Shown: positions 1 through 7,504 of the stretch, in pieces
Layout of the letters: every line of letters begins with the position of its first letter
Position numbering within the stretch: position 1 is the stretch's first letter
Source: Megasphaera paucivorans
GTDB taxonomy: Bacteria > Bacillota > Negativicutes > Veillonellales > Megasphaeraceae
Assembly (NCBI RefSeq): GCF_900103535.1
Contig: NZ_FNHQ01000001.1
Span: forward strand, 147,268 to 171,267
Length of the DNA stretch: 24,000 bases
Direction: 5' to 3'
Program-made: the position numbers and the translations under genes
The notes under the pieces: generated by a model
Told to the model about the DNA's origin: nothing
Databases searched by the model: none
Seen by the model: the letters and a program-made list of their open reading frames with translations, nothing else

Positions 1-503
1 TCACTATAATCTTCCGGATCACCTAATCCATAAATGCACGATACCGATGCCACAATAATGACATCCCGCCGTTCAAACAAACTCATCGTGGCCGAATGGC
101 GAAGCTTATCAATTTCATCATTAATAGATGCATCTTTTTCTATGTATGTATCCGTTGTAGCAATATAGGCTTCCGGCTGATAATAATCATAGTAACTGAC
201 AAAATACGCCACTTCGTTATCCGGGAAAAAAGCTTTAAACTCACTGCACAACTGTGCTGCCAAAGTTTTATTATGGGCAATCACAAGTGTCGGTTTCTGC
301 ACTGCTTCGATGACCTTGGCCATCGTAAAAGTCTTCCCAGTTCCAGTAGCACCAAGAAGGACCTGCGCCCATTGTCCATCTGTAATGCCCTTTACCAAGG
401 ATTTGATCGCATCCGGTTGATCCCCCATTGGCTCATACGGGGCAACAACGCGGAACGGTGTCGTTGTATTATAATCTTTATTACGATGATTTTGAATATC
501 CAT
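1..503 (-). CDS. uvrB: Excinuclease ABC subunit B (UvrB), N-terminal part; the gene continues past the left window edge
   Basis: My own minus-strand translation from the ATG at 503 gives [114 protein letters not shown]... The Walker A motif GATGTGKT and the [10 protein letters not shown] block are UvrB hallmarks. It is missing from the ORF track because the frame is open at the edge. Confidence 0.9.
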   Translation of the reverse strand, partial: MDIQNHRNKDYNTTTPFRVVAPYEPMGDQPDAIKSLVKGITDGQWAQVLLGATGTGKTFTMAKVIEAVQKPTLVIAHNKTLAAQLCSEFKAFFPDNEVAYFVSYYDYYQPEAYIATTDTYIEKDASINDEIDKLRHSATMSLFERRDVIIVASVSCIYGLGDPEDYS

Positions 504-566
504 ACGGCCCCCCGCATCCAGTAAATAATAACTATTATTTGTAGTACGTTTAGTATAGCATAGGTC

Positions 567-580
567 CGAACATATGTACA
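567..580 (-). promoter_or_regulatory. Putative LexA (Cheo-type) SOS box overlapping the uvrB promoter
   Basis: The plus strand reads CGAACATATGTACA, which matches the Bacillus-type consensus CGAACATATGTTCG at 12 of 14 positions. On the minus strand it overlaps a TGTACA -35 (575-580), followed by a 17-nt spacer and a TATACT -10 (552-557), about 50 nt upstream of the uvrB ATG. uvrB is a classic SOS gene. Confidence 0.5.
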
Positions 581-609
581 GTATGAAAAAGGCAGCAAAA
601 ATATATGTG

Positions 610-667
610 AAAAAACCCCTCTGTTATCTCCGGCAAATAAAATACTCCACCAAAAATAACAGAGAGG
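610..667 (-). terminator. Probable rho-independent terminator of htpG
   Basis: On the minus strand, CCTCTCTGTTAT pairs with ATAACAGAGGGG across a 28-nt loop (12-bp stem with one G-U), followed by a TTTTTT run. It lies about 75 nt downstream of the htpG stop. Confidence 0.5.
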
Positions 668-742
668 CTCCTTCTTATATAAAAGAAATGCGTCCTTTTT
701 TTTACATATCGCGTTTTCGTTGCTACCTTAATTTTTTTCGAT

Positions 743-2698
743 CTATTTAGCCATTAATTGTGCTACTTTATTGGCAAAAGCAATGGGATCATCCGGCAAA
801 ATGCCTTCGATAAGCAAAGCCTGATCATAGAGCATCGTACAATAATCTTTGAAATCTGCCGAATCCTTGCCGTCCGTATGTAAATTCTGCAGGCGGGCAA
901 ACAAATCATGATGCGGATTAATTTCCAAAATGCGTTTTGCCTTGAGAAGTGGATTATTGGCACCGGCAAAAGCCTGTTCCATCGCAATGCTGGGACCCGC
1001 TTCATCAGCAACAAGGCAGACCGCCCCGGATTTCAGACGATTCGTAAGTTTGACATCAGAAACTCTATTTCCCAGCGCTTCCTTTATATCTTTAATAAGA
1101 TCTTCATTGGTTTTAGACAATGTTTCCGTTTCTTTCTTTGCTTCCTGCGATTCTACATCATCCAAATCAAGATCGCCGCGGCTGATCGAGTGGAATTGTT
1201 TTCCATCATACTCACGGATGCCTTCCAGAGCAAATTCATCCACCGGATCGAGCATGTACAATACTTCAATACCTTTATCCCGGAGCAATTCCATCTGCGG
1301 CATCTGGTCAATTGTTTCCTTGTCCTTACCCGAAGCATAATATATTTTTTTCTGGTTTTCAGGCATACGATCACAATATTCTTTGATCGTACAAAGTTTT
1401 CCATCTTTAGACGAAGTGAACAAAAGCAAATTCTTCAATTGATCTACTTTATTTTCTCCGGAAACAAGGCTGTTATAAATGCCAATTTTCAAAGACTTTC
1501 CATACTCAGCCCAGAATTTTTCGTATTTTTCACGATCTTTCTGCAATGTCCGTTCCAATGTCTTAAGAATATTTTTTTCCAAATTTCTGCCGATAAGTTT
1601 CAATTCCCGGCTTTGCTGCAGCAATTCACGCGAAATATTCAAAGACAAATCCGGAGAATCAACAAGCCCTTTGACAAAACGCAGATAATCCGGCAGGAGG
1701 TCCTTGCATTTATCCATAATAAATACGTGCCGTGAATAAAGCTGGATTCCCGGTTCATAATCACTATAATAAAGATTGAACGGTGCATGCGCCGGAATAT
1801 ACAGCAATGCCGTATATTCTACGGTACCTTCAACCTTTGTGTGGAAAATTTCCATAGGATCTTCCCATTCAAAGAATTGATGTTTGAAGAAATCCGTATA
1901 CTCTTCTTTCTTGATATCAGATTTGTTGCGAGTCCACAAAGGCTGCATGGAATTCAACGTCCGTTCTTCATTACGCTTGGTTTTTTCGGCCCCTTCGATA
2001 GGTTTGCCATCTGCATCTTTGGGCGTTTCTTCAATAACAAAATTCATTTTTACAGGATACCGGATATAGTCAGAATACTTTTTTACAAGTTCCTGCAGTT
2101 TATACCGATCCGTATAATTTTCTTCCGATTTTTCACCATAAAAACCCTGCGACAACGTCAGTATAATCGTCGTTCCATGTTTTTCTTTTTCACACGCTTC
2201 AATACTGTATTTTCCATCACCTGTCGATTCCCAGCGCACAGCTTCTGTTTCTCCTGCTTTCCGAGTAACGATGGTTACGTTATCTGCTACCATAAAAGCA
2301 GAATAAAATCCAACGCCAAATTGACCGATCATTTCTTTATCTGTAATTTCCGTATTCGATTCACGAGCTTCCTTCAACTTAGCCAAAAAAGCTTTTGTCC
2401 CGGATTTCGCAATAGTTCCAATATCCTCAATAACTTCCTTGCGATTCATTCCAATCCCATTATCAGAAATAGTTAAGGTATGATTTTGTTCATCCGGCAC
2501 TAAATGAATTTCAAAATTTGCATCCCCTTCTAATAATTCATTGTTTGTCAAAGACTCAAAATGCAGTTTATCAATAGCATCGGACGCATTAGAAATAAGT
2601 TCACGAAGGAATATTTCGTGGTTCGTATAAATAGAATGGACCATAAGATCCAATAATTGCTGTGTTTCTGCTTGAAATTCGAACGTTTCTTTCGCCAT
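743..2698 (-). CDS. htpG: Molecular chaperone HtpG (Hsp90 family)
   Basis: 651-aa ORF. The N-terminus FEFQAETQQLLDLMVHSIYTNHEIFLRELISNASDAIDKL and the block GQFGVGFYSAFMVAD are canonical Hsp90/GHKL ATPase motifs. An AAGGAG RBS precedes the ATG. Confidence 0.97.
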   Translation of the reverse strand: MAKETFEFQAETQQLLDLMVHSIYTNHEIFLRELISNASDAIDKLHFESLTNNELLEGDANFEIHLVPDEQNHTLTISDNGIGMNRKEVIEDIGTIAKSGTKAFLAKLKEARESNTEITDKEMIGQFGVGFYSAFMVADNVTIVTRKAGETEAVRWESTGDGKYSIEACEKEKHGTTIILTLSQGFYGEKSEENYTDRYKLQELVKKYSDYIRYPVKMNFVIEETPKDADGKPIEGAEKTKRNEERTLNSMQPLWTRNKSDIKKEEYTDFFKHQFFEWEDPMEIFHTKVEGTVEYTALLYIPAHAPFNLYYSDYEPGIQLYSRHVFIMDKCKDLLPDYLRFVKGLVDSPDLSLNISRELLQQSRELKLIGRNLEKNILKTLERTLQKDREKYEKFWAEYGKSLKIGIYNSLVSGENKVDQLKNLLLFTSSKDGKLCTIKEYCDRMPENQKKIYYASGKDKETIDQMPQMELLRDKGIEVLYMLDPVDEFALEGIREYDGKQFHSISRGDLDLDDVESQEAKKETETLSKTNEDLIKDIKEALGNRVSDVKLTNRLKSGAVCLVADEAGPSIAMEQAFAGANNPLLKAKRILEINPHHDLFARLQNLHTDGKDSADFKDYCTMLYDQALLIEGILPDDPIAFANKVAQLMAK

Positions 2699-2723
2699 GT
2701 AAATCTACTCCTTTATATTATAT

Positions 2724-2750
2724 TTAGCACTCCATTTGTCCGAGTGCTAA
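2724..2750 (-). promoter_or_regulatory. CIRCE operator (HrcA binding site) in the htpG leader
   Basis: TTAGCACTC-catttgtcc-GAGTGCTAA is a perfect match to the CIRCE consensus TTAGCACTC-N9-GAGTGCTAA. It sits between the predicted -10 and the htpG RBS. Confidence 0.9.
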
Positions 2751-2762
2751 TCTCACATATCT

Positions 2763-2790
2763 ATCATACAACAAAAAGTCAAAAAGTCAA
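2763..2790 (-). promoter_or_regulatory. Sigma-A-type promoter of htpG
   Basis: The minus strand has TTGACT (2785-2790), a 16-nt spacer and TATGAT (2763-2768), immediately upstream of the CIRCE element. Confidence 0.5.
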
Positions 2791-3202
2791 TAGAAATAGT
2801 ACAGTAGAACAAAAACAGACGGTATATAAATTTTTCATTCATATTCTCCTTCTATCGTTATGAAAATATGATAGACAGTACCTATGATTAAACTATAATT
2901 TGCTATATAATTAGCATGTAGTATATATTTGATAATACCTATATGGTTTCTGAAAATGTCAACTACTACGCTGAATTAAGCAACCATTGAGAAACTGCTG
3001 TTATCCGGCGGACTGCCGGCATACTTTTATACAAGCGGTCCGCGGCGGCTGCAGCAAATTTAAAAAGATGTACCGATCTATATAAAACAACATGAATTGC
3101 TGCTATCACACAGGAAGTATGCATTCTATTTTAAAAAGCGGATACACTTTTCAATAAAAATCTCTGCCTTGTTTGATTTTCATACAGAAAAGAGGTATTG
3201 AT

Positions 3203-3490
3203 ATGAATAAAACTAATTCTGACATTAAATACACATCGGCAAGTAAGAAATCTCAGACAATGCATCCCGGAAAAATAATTGAAGCCTATATTGAATCTGT
3301 TGAAATGACTACCGAAACATTATCTAAAACGCTCGGCATTCCTACAGAAAATCTTAAAAGCATCATGACCGGAGATGCGGATTGTCCGTTTGATATTATC
3401 TCAAAATTAGCTAAAATAACAAAAATTCCACTGGACAAATGGTTGGAATGCAAAAAGCAGGAAGACTCGAAAGATAAACAAAGCAAATAG
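3203..3490 (+). CDS. HigA/VapI-like XRE-family HTH protein (antitoxin-like), with no adjacent toxin gene
   Basis: HPGKIIEAYIESVEMTTETLSKTLGIPTENLKSIMTGDADCPFDIISKLAKITKIPLDKWL follows the HigA pattern HPG..I.E...E....LA..LG.....I..I..G.....D.A.RL.K.......W. I prefer the ATG at 3203 (AGAGG RBS 7 nt upstream) to the TTG at 3173 used in the ORF track. Confidence 0.7.
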   Translation: MNKTNSDIKYTSASKKSQTMHPGKIIEAYIESVEMTTETLSKTLGIPTENLKSIMTGDADCPFDIISKLAKITKIPLDKWLECKKQEDSKDKQSK

Positions 3491-3619
3491 CCTCACACCG
3501 GCAGTATTCTACAATACTTTAAAAATTTCCATCAATATCAATAAATATTTAATATTTTGTTGTCAAGTACCAATACTGCATGATATACTGATAAGGTAAT
3601 CTTGATTTGCTTTAATCAG

Positions 3620-3656
3620 AAAAATCCGTTCATGTCCTAGCATGAACGGATTTTTT
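3620..3656 (+). terminator. Rho-independent terminator (bidirectional shape)
   Basis: AAAAATCCGTTCATG-tcctag-CATGAACGGATTTTT forms a perfect 15-bp stem that includes the A and T runs, followed by a further T run. It lies 130 nt downstream of the HTH gene stop. Confidence 0.8.
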
Positions 3657-3864
3657 CTTTGTCGCAGCATGATCGTGCCGTAACCCCCTACTCCCTGTAT
3701 GATTGTCCGTTGCCTTCCTATACGAAAGAAATTTATAACACTTTCCTTTTTCTGCCTGATATATAATGCACAATGTCGTATATATTTTTATATAAACTAC
3801 TTTTATGTTTATATTTGTTGTGATAAACTATACCTATGGACACTTCATCGTCCATCACACCTTG

Positions 3865-3896
3865 AGCCGTTGGTCCTTCACCTGCCAACGGCTTTT
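3865..3896 (+). terminator. Terminator-like hairpin with no obvious upstream gene
   Basis: AGCCGTTGG-tccttcacctg-CCAACGGCT (9-bp perfect stem) followed by TTTT. No credible plus-strand ORF ends just before it. Confidence 0.45.
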
Positions 3897-3937
3897 ACAT
3901 TTGCCACTTTCCTTGACGAACAAATCTCACCGTCCAA

Positions 3938-3969
3938 TAAAAAAAGCCGCTACAAACTTACATAGCGGC
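3938..3969 (-). terminator. Rho-independent terminator of yebC
   Basis: On the minus strand, GCCGCTA-tgtaagtttg-TAGCGGC is followed by TTTTTTT, starting 15 nt after the yebC stop. Confidence 0.8.
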
Positions 3970-3983
3970 GCGGTTATCATATA

Positions 3984-4718
3984 TTATTCATCTTCTTCAG
4001 GGATGTCTCCGTTGTGGTATACATCTTGCACGTCATCAAGATCATCTAACGCATCTACAAGATTTTCCAGTTTACGGCCATCTTCCATTCCAAGAGAAAT
4101 CGTATTATCCGGAACCATCGTGATTTGAGCAACTTCCATACCGATGTTATTTTCCTCCAACACTTTTTCTACTGCATCAAAAGCGTCCGGTGCTGTCGTT
4201 ATTTCGTATTCTTCATCACCTGTTTTGACATCATCAGCTCCTGCATCCAGAGCCATCATCATCAGCTCTTCTTCATCTGCTGAATCTTTAGTCACAACAA
4301 ATACGCCCTTATTCTTAAACATCCAGGCAACACAGCCGGTTTCTCCCAAGTTGCCGCCATGCTTAGAAAACACGTGACGCACTTCCGCAGCTGCACGATT
4401 GCGGTTATCCGTAAGAACACTTACCGTAACAGCAACACCTGCCGGTCCGTATCCTTCATATACGATTTCTTCGTAATTTTGTCCATCAGCAGCACCTGCG
4501 CCCTTCTGGATAGCGCGCTTGATATTTTCTTTAGGAATATTGTTTTCTTTTGCTTTCTGCAATGCCAGCTTCAGCCGCATATTACCAACGGGATCAGCTC
4601 CACCCATACGAACAGCAATGGTAATTTCACGGCTTACTTTTGTAGTAATCTTGCCGCGAATAGCATCGTTCTTGCCTTTCTTACGTTTAATATTGGCCCA
4701 TTTTGAATGTCCAGACAT
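3984..4718 (-). CDS. yebC: YebC/PmpR-family DNA-binding transcriptional regulator
   Basis: MSGHSKWANIKRKKGKNDAIRGKITTK... is the canonical YebC N-terminus. The start is the ATG at 4718, with a GGGAGG RBS 6 nt upstream. The longer ORF in the track (up to 4847) overlaps the upstream gene and is not credible. Confidence 0.95.
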   Translation of the reverse strand: MSGHSKWANIKRKKGKNDAIRGKITTKVSREITIAVRMGGADPVGNMRLKLALQKAKENNIPKENIKRAIQKGAGAADGQNYEEIVYEGYGPAGVAVTVSVLTDNRNRAAAEVRHVFSKHGGNLGETGCVAWMFKNKGVFVVTKDSADEEELMMMALDAGADDVKTGDEEYEITTAPDAFDAVEKVLEENNIGMEVAQITMVPDNTISLGMEDGRKLENLVDALDDLDDVQDVYHNGDIPEEDE

Positions 4719-4731
4719 GAAAATGCCTCCC

Positions 4732-5310
4732 TTATTGATTCCACCAAGCTTCGCCTGCCAAACGGTCAAGAATAATAGCCGCTGCCGAACGTACGGATAG
4801 GTGGTTATACTCCCCAGCGCCATAAATAGGTTCCAGGATGAAATCAAACTGCTCCATCGTTTCCTTCGTCATACCATAACCGGTCCCTAAAAGCAACAAG
4901 ATCGGCACCGTTTCTGTTTCACGTTTATGCCGCAGGTCCTTATAGGAAATCGTATTGGCATACGTGCGCGCATCGGTCGTAACAATATACGGACGTTGTC
5001 CTTCCTGTTCCGTCACCGCATCAACAGCCGCTTCGATGGAAGGGCGGATGTCGACAATATCAAAAGCTTCCGTACGGTACGAATTATATTTCCGTCCCGC
5101 CGGACTGCGCCAGAAATCGATAATTTTATGCACCATATCAAGTTGTCCCTCAATATGATGGATAATAAAATATTTTTTTACGCCATACGTCGTAGCAGAT
5201 CGCGATATGTCGTGAAGATCATAATTCGTGATAGCCGTAGCAATGACGTTAAAATTCTTATCATATATTGGATAATGCACCAACCCTATATATAAGGATG
5301 ATTTCATCAT
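4732..5310 (-). CDS. Predicted SPOUT-family RNA methyltransferase (trmD-adjacent, TM1570-like family)
   Basis: 192 aa. The ATG overlaps the trmD TGA within ATGATGA. The C-terminal LLLLGTGYGM...YNHLSVRSAAAIILDRL resembles SPOUT knot motifs. I recognise this as the family that sits next to trmD in Thermotoga and many Bacillota. Confidence 0.7.
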   Translation of the reverse strand: MMKSSLYIGLVHYPIYDKNFNVIATAITNYDLHDISRSATTYGVKKYFIIHHIEGQLDMVHKIIDFWRSPAGRKYNSYRTEAFDIVDIRPSIEAAVDAVTEQEGQRPYIVTTDARTYANTISYKDLRHKRETETVPILLLLGTGYGMTKETMEQFDFILEPIYGAGEYNHLSVRSAAAIILDRLAGEAWWNQ

Positions 5311-6038
5311 TCCATCTCCCGTTTCAGCTGCGCTAATAGTTCCTTGTCAGATGATGATAATGCGCAATTTTCCAACAAGTCAGGCCGTTTCGCAAGTGTT
5401 CTCTGCACGGACTGCCGATGCCGCCATGCATTGATTTTTGCATGATCGCCGTTGCAAAGCACCTCAGGAACACGATAGCCGCGAAAAAGTGCAGGTTTTG
5501 TATATTGCGGATATTCGAGCAGCGATGTGTAAAAAGAATCTTCTGCCGCACTGCCTGCAGTAAGAACACCTGGCAGCATGCGGGCTACCGCATCGGTAAC
5601 CGCCATAGCAGGAATCTCTCCTCCTGTCAGTACAAAATCTCCCACGGAAATAGTCTCATCCGCCAGATAATCTTCTACCCGGTGATCCACCCCTTCATAA
5701 TGTCCACAAAGCAAAATAAGCTGATCATAGGCCGCCAGTTCTCTGGCTTTCGCCTGATCAAAGGTCGAACCACTTGGTCCCATGAGAATAATACGCCTTT
5801 TGTCCACACTCCGCCGCACTGCTTCTACCGCACGGAACAGCGGTTCTGCCTTCATAAGCATTCCTCTGCCGCCGCCATACGGTGTATCATCCACCATATG
5901 ATGTTTATCATACGTAAAACTGCGGGGATTCGTTACATCGAGATCCAAAATTCCAGCCTCACGGGCACGTTTAATAATGCTGTGATGGTAAAAAGCTTCG
6001 ATAAATTCAGGAAATAAGGAAATTATATCGATTCTCAT
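5307..6038 (-). CDS. trmD: tRNA (guanine37-N1)-methyltransferase TrmD
   Basis: MRIDIISLFPEF...YGGGRGMLMKAEP...LLCGHYEGVDHRV...SVGDFVLTGGE are TrmD signatures. The ATG at 6038 overlaps the rimM stop in TAATG. The GTG at 6050 used in the track would add 4 residues. Confidence 0.95.
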   Translation of the reverse strand: MRIDIISLFPEFIEAFYHHSIIKRAREAGILDLDVTNPRSFTYDKHHMVDDTPYGGGRGMLMKAEPLFRAVEAVRRSVDKRRIILMGPSGSTFDQAKARELAAYDQLILLCGHYEGVDHRVEDYLADETISVGDFVLTGGEIPAMAVTDAVARMLPGVLTAGSAAEDSFYTSLLEYPQYTKPALFRGYRVPEVLCNGDHAKINAWRHRQSVQRTLAKRPDLLENCALSSSDKELLAQLKREME

Positions 6039-6532
6039 TATTCTACCCACTCCGGTGGATCTACCACCATTTTTTTCGTTTCCACATCAATGGATTTAAC
6101 AACTTCATGAATTGCCGCCAGCAACGTTTCTTTTCCTTCTGCGTCGGTCACAACATATACGTCGTTACTTCCCGTTTTCAGGACATCCGTAACGGTTCCT
6201 AAATAATGATCATGCAAATCATACACACCGATTCCTATAATATCAAACACATAGTACTGTCCCTTTTTAAGGGGTGTTAGGTTTTCCCGCGGTATTTTCA
6301 GTTCCTTCTTCAAAAGAAGTTCTGCAGCATTGCGGTCATTGATACCGGCAAGCTTCATGAGCACCACGCGCTTGTGAAAGCTGGCATGCTCTATTTCATA
6401 CTGTGTCCCGTCAATATAAACACGTTTCATGTGCAGAAATCGTTCTGGAAAGTCCGTATCAGGATAAATACGAACATCACCCCGCACGCCGTGCGGGGCA
6501 ACTATTTGTCCAATCGTAATGAAATCAGCCAT
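6038..6532 (-). CDS. rimM: 16S rRNA processing protein RimM
   Basis: 164 aa. ITIGQIVAPHGVRGDVRIYPDTDFPERF is the RimM N-terminal signature, a PRC-barrel-like C-terminus follows, and the gene occupies the conserved position. Confidence 0.93.
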   Translation of the reverse strand: MADFITIGQIVAPHGVRGDVRIYPDTDFPERFLHMKRVYIDGTQYEIEHASFHKRVVLMKLAGINDRNAAELLLKKELKIPRENLTPLKKGQYYVFDIIGIGVYDLHDHYLGTVTDVLKTGSNDVYVVTDAEGKETLLAAIHEVVKSIDVETKKMVVDPPEWVE

Positions 6533-6537
6533 CTTAC

Positions 6538-6945
6538 TTATTGACGAATGGCAATAATTTTGCCATCTTCCAGCAAGATTTCGGTACCAACTAACTTATC
6601 CAAATCGTCACCGACTTTTACCAAAACAGTCTGTTCAAGCTGTCCTTGATTGATTTCGGATCCGATATCCAGCTTCTGTGCTTCTTCGTAGGCATGCTGA
6701 GCCTGTGCCTTCGTAGCATTGAGTCGCTGCCGCTGTTCTTCCAATTGAGCACGCAGGGAAATAAGCCCTTGCGCATCCATTTTAGCCTGATCAACCATCA
6801 TGCGTTTTGCCTGAAATTCCAGGTTTTGCATTTCACGGTCAACATCAGTCAGATTCTGCTCGGAATTTTTGAGGATTTTAGCTTTGAGCGCTTCTGTAAC
6901 CTTTGACTTAACAGCAACAGGACAGCGCAATGTAATTTGATCCAT
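6538..6945 (-). CDS. ylqD: YlqD-family protein
   Basis: 135-aa coiled-coil-rich protein located between the KH protein gene and rimM, as in the Bacillus subtilis ylqC-ylqD-rimM arrangement. A GGAGG RBS is present. Confidence 0.7.
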   Translation of the reverse strand: MDQITLRCPVAVKSKVTEALKAKILKNSEQNLTDVDREMQNLEFQAKRMMVDQAKMDAQGLISLRAQLEEQRQRLNATKAQAQHAYEEAQKLDIGSEINQGQLEQTVLVKVGDDLDKLVGTEILLEDGKIIAIRQ

Positions 6946-6953
6946 GGCTCCTC

Positions 6954-7181
6954 CTATACAATATCTACTGATACTTTTTTATCAGCCTTCACTGCCGCAG
7001 CTTTTACAACCAGGCGTATTGCTTTTGCAATCTTTCCCTGCTTGCCGATAACTTTCCCCATATCTTCCGGGGCGACATGAAGCTCATACACTTCGAGGCC
7101 TTTCTTTTGATTCTTCGTAACTGTAACTGCTTCCGGGCGTTTCACCAACGCTTTTGCAATACATGCAATTAATTCTTCCAT
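6954..7181 (-). CDS. ylqC: KH-domain RNA-binding protein (YlqC/UPF0109 family)
   Basis: It carries the KH motif VIGKQGKIAKAIRLV and sits in the conserved position after rpsP. I prefer the ATG at 7181 (MEELIACIAKALV..., GAGG upstream) to the GTG at 7196. Confidence 0.85.
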   Translation of the reverse strand: MEELIACIAKALVKRPEAVTVTKNQKKGLEVYELHVAPEDMGKVIGKQGKIAKAIRLVVKAAAVKADKKVSVDIV

Positions 7182-7196
7182 AGCAATCAGCCTCAC

Positions 7197-7463
7197 TTAC
7201 TTTTTAGACTCTTCAAACTTAGCCATAATACCGGCTTTTTTGAAAAGAGAACGAATCGTATCGGTCGGTTGTGCACCTTTGCCGAGCCATTCTACAGCAG
7301 TTTCAACATCGACATTCAAAGATTCTATGCCTTTAGCAGGATCATACTGACCTAAGGTAGCAACAGGACGACCATTATTGCGGGCATTGTGAGAATCAGC
7401 AACAACAACGCGATAAACCGGGTTCTTTTTAGCACCTAAACGAGCTAAACGAATTTTAATCAT
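7197..7463 (-). CDS. rpsP: 30S ribosomal protein S16
   Basis: MIKIRLARLGAKKNPVYRVVVADSHNARNNGRPVATLGQYDP is the canonical bS16 sequence. A GAGGAGGTG RBS is present. Confidence 0.98.
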   Translation of the reverse strand: MIKIRLARLGAKKNPVYRVVVADSHNARNNGRPVATLGQYDPAKGIESLNVDVETAVEWLGKGAQPTDTIRSLFKKAGIMAKFEESKK

Positions 7464-7504
7464 TACATTTCACCTCCTCAACGTAATATCCTCACTATCG
7501 AGGC

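Noticed and set aside
763-2476. Many ORFs inside the htpG locus: plus-strand 83-275 aa (908-1735, 930-1340, 1479-1688, 1787-2476, 1884-2069) and alternative-frame minus-strand (763-1014, 1153-1404)
   Set aside because: They lie antisense or out of frame within a very well supported HtpG gene. Their sequences are low-complexity and F/I/R-rich, with no RBS, which is typical of shadow ORFs.
3699-4128. Plus-strand ORFs 3699-3965 (88 aa) and 3805-4128 (107 aa)
   Set aside because: They have no RBS, run straight through two terminator hairpins and into antisense yebC, and their composition is non-protein-like.
4719-4847. N-terminal extension of the yebC ORF (the track lists 3984-4847)
   Set aside because: The extension overlaps the upstream SPOUT gene by more than 100 nt. 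The canonical MSGHSKWANIK start at 4718 has a GGGAGG RBS.
6039-6050. Alternative upstream starts: GTG 6050 for trmD, GTG 7196 for the KH protein and TTG 12720 for the MBL hydrolase
   Set aside because: The downstream ATGs (6038, 7181, 12681) match the conserved N-termini or RBS spacing better. The difference is 4-13 residues and does not affect the calls.
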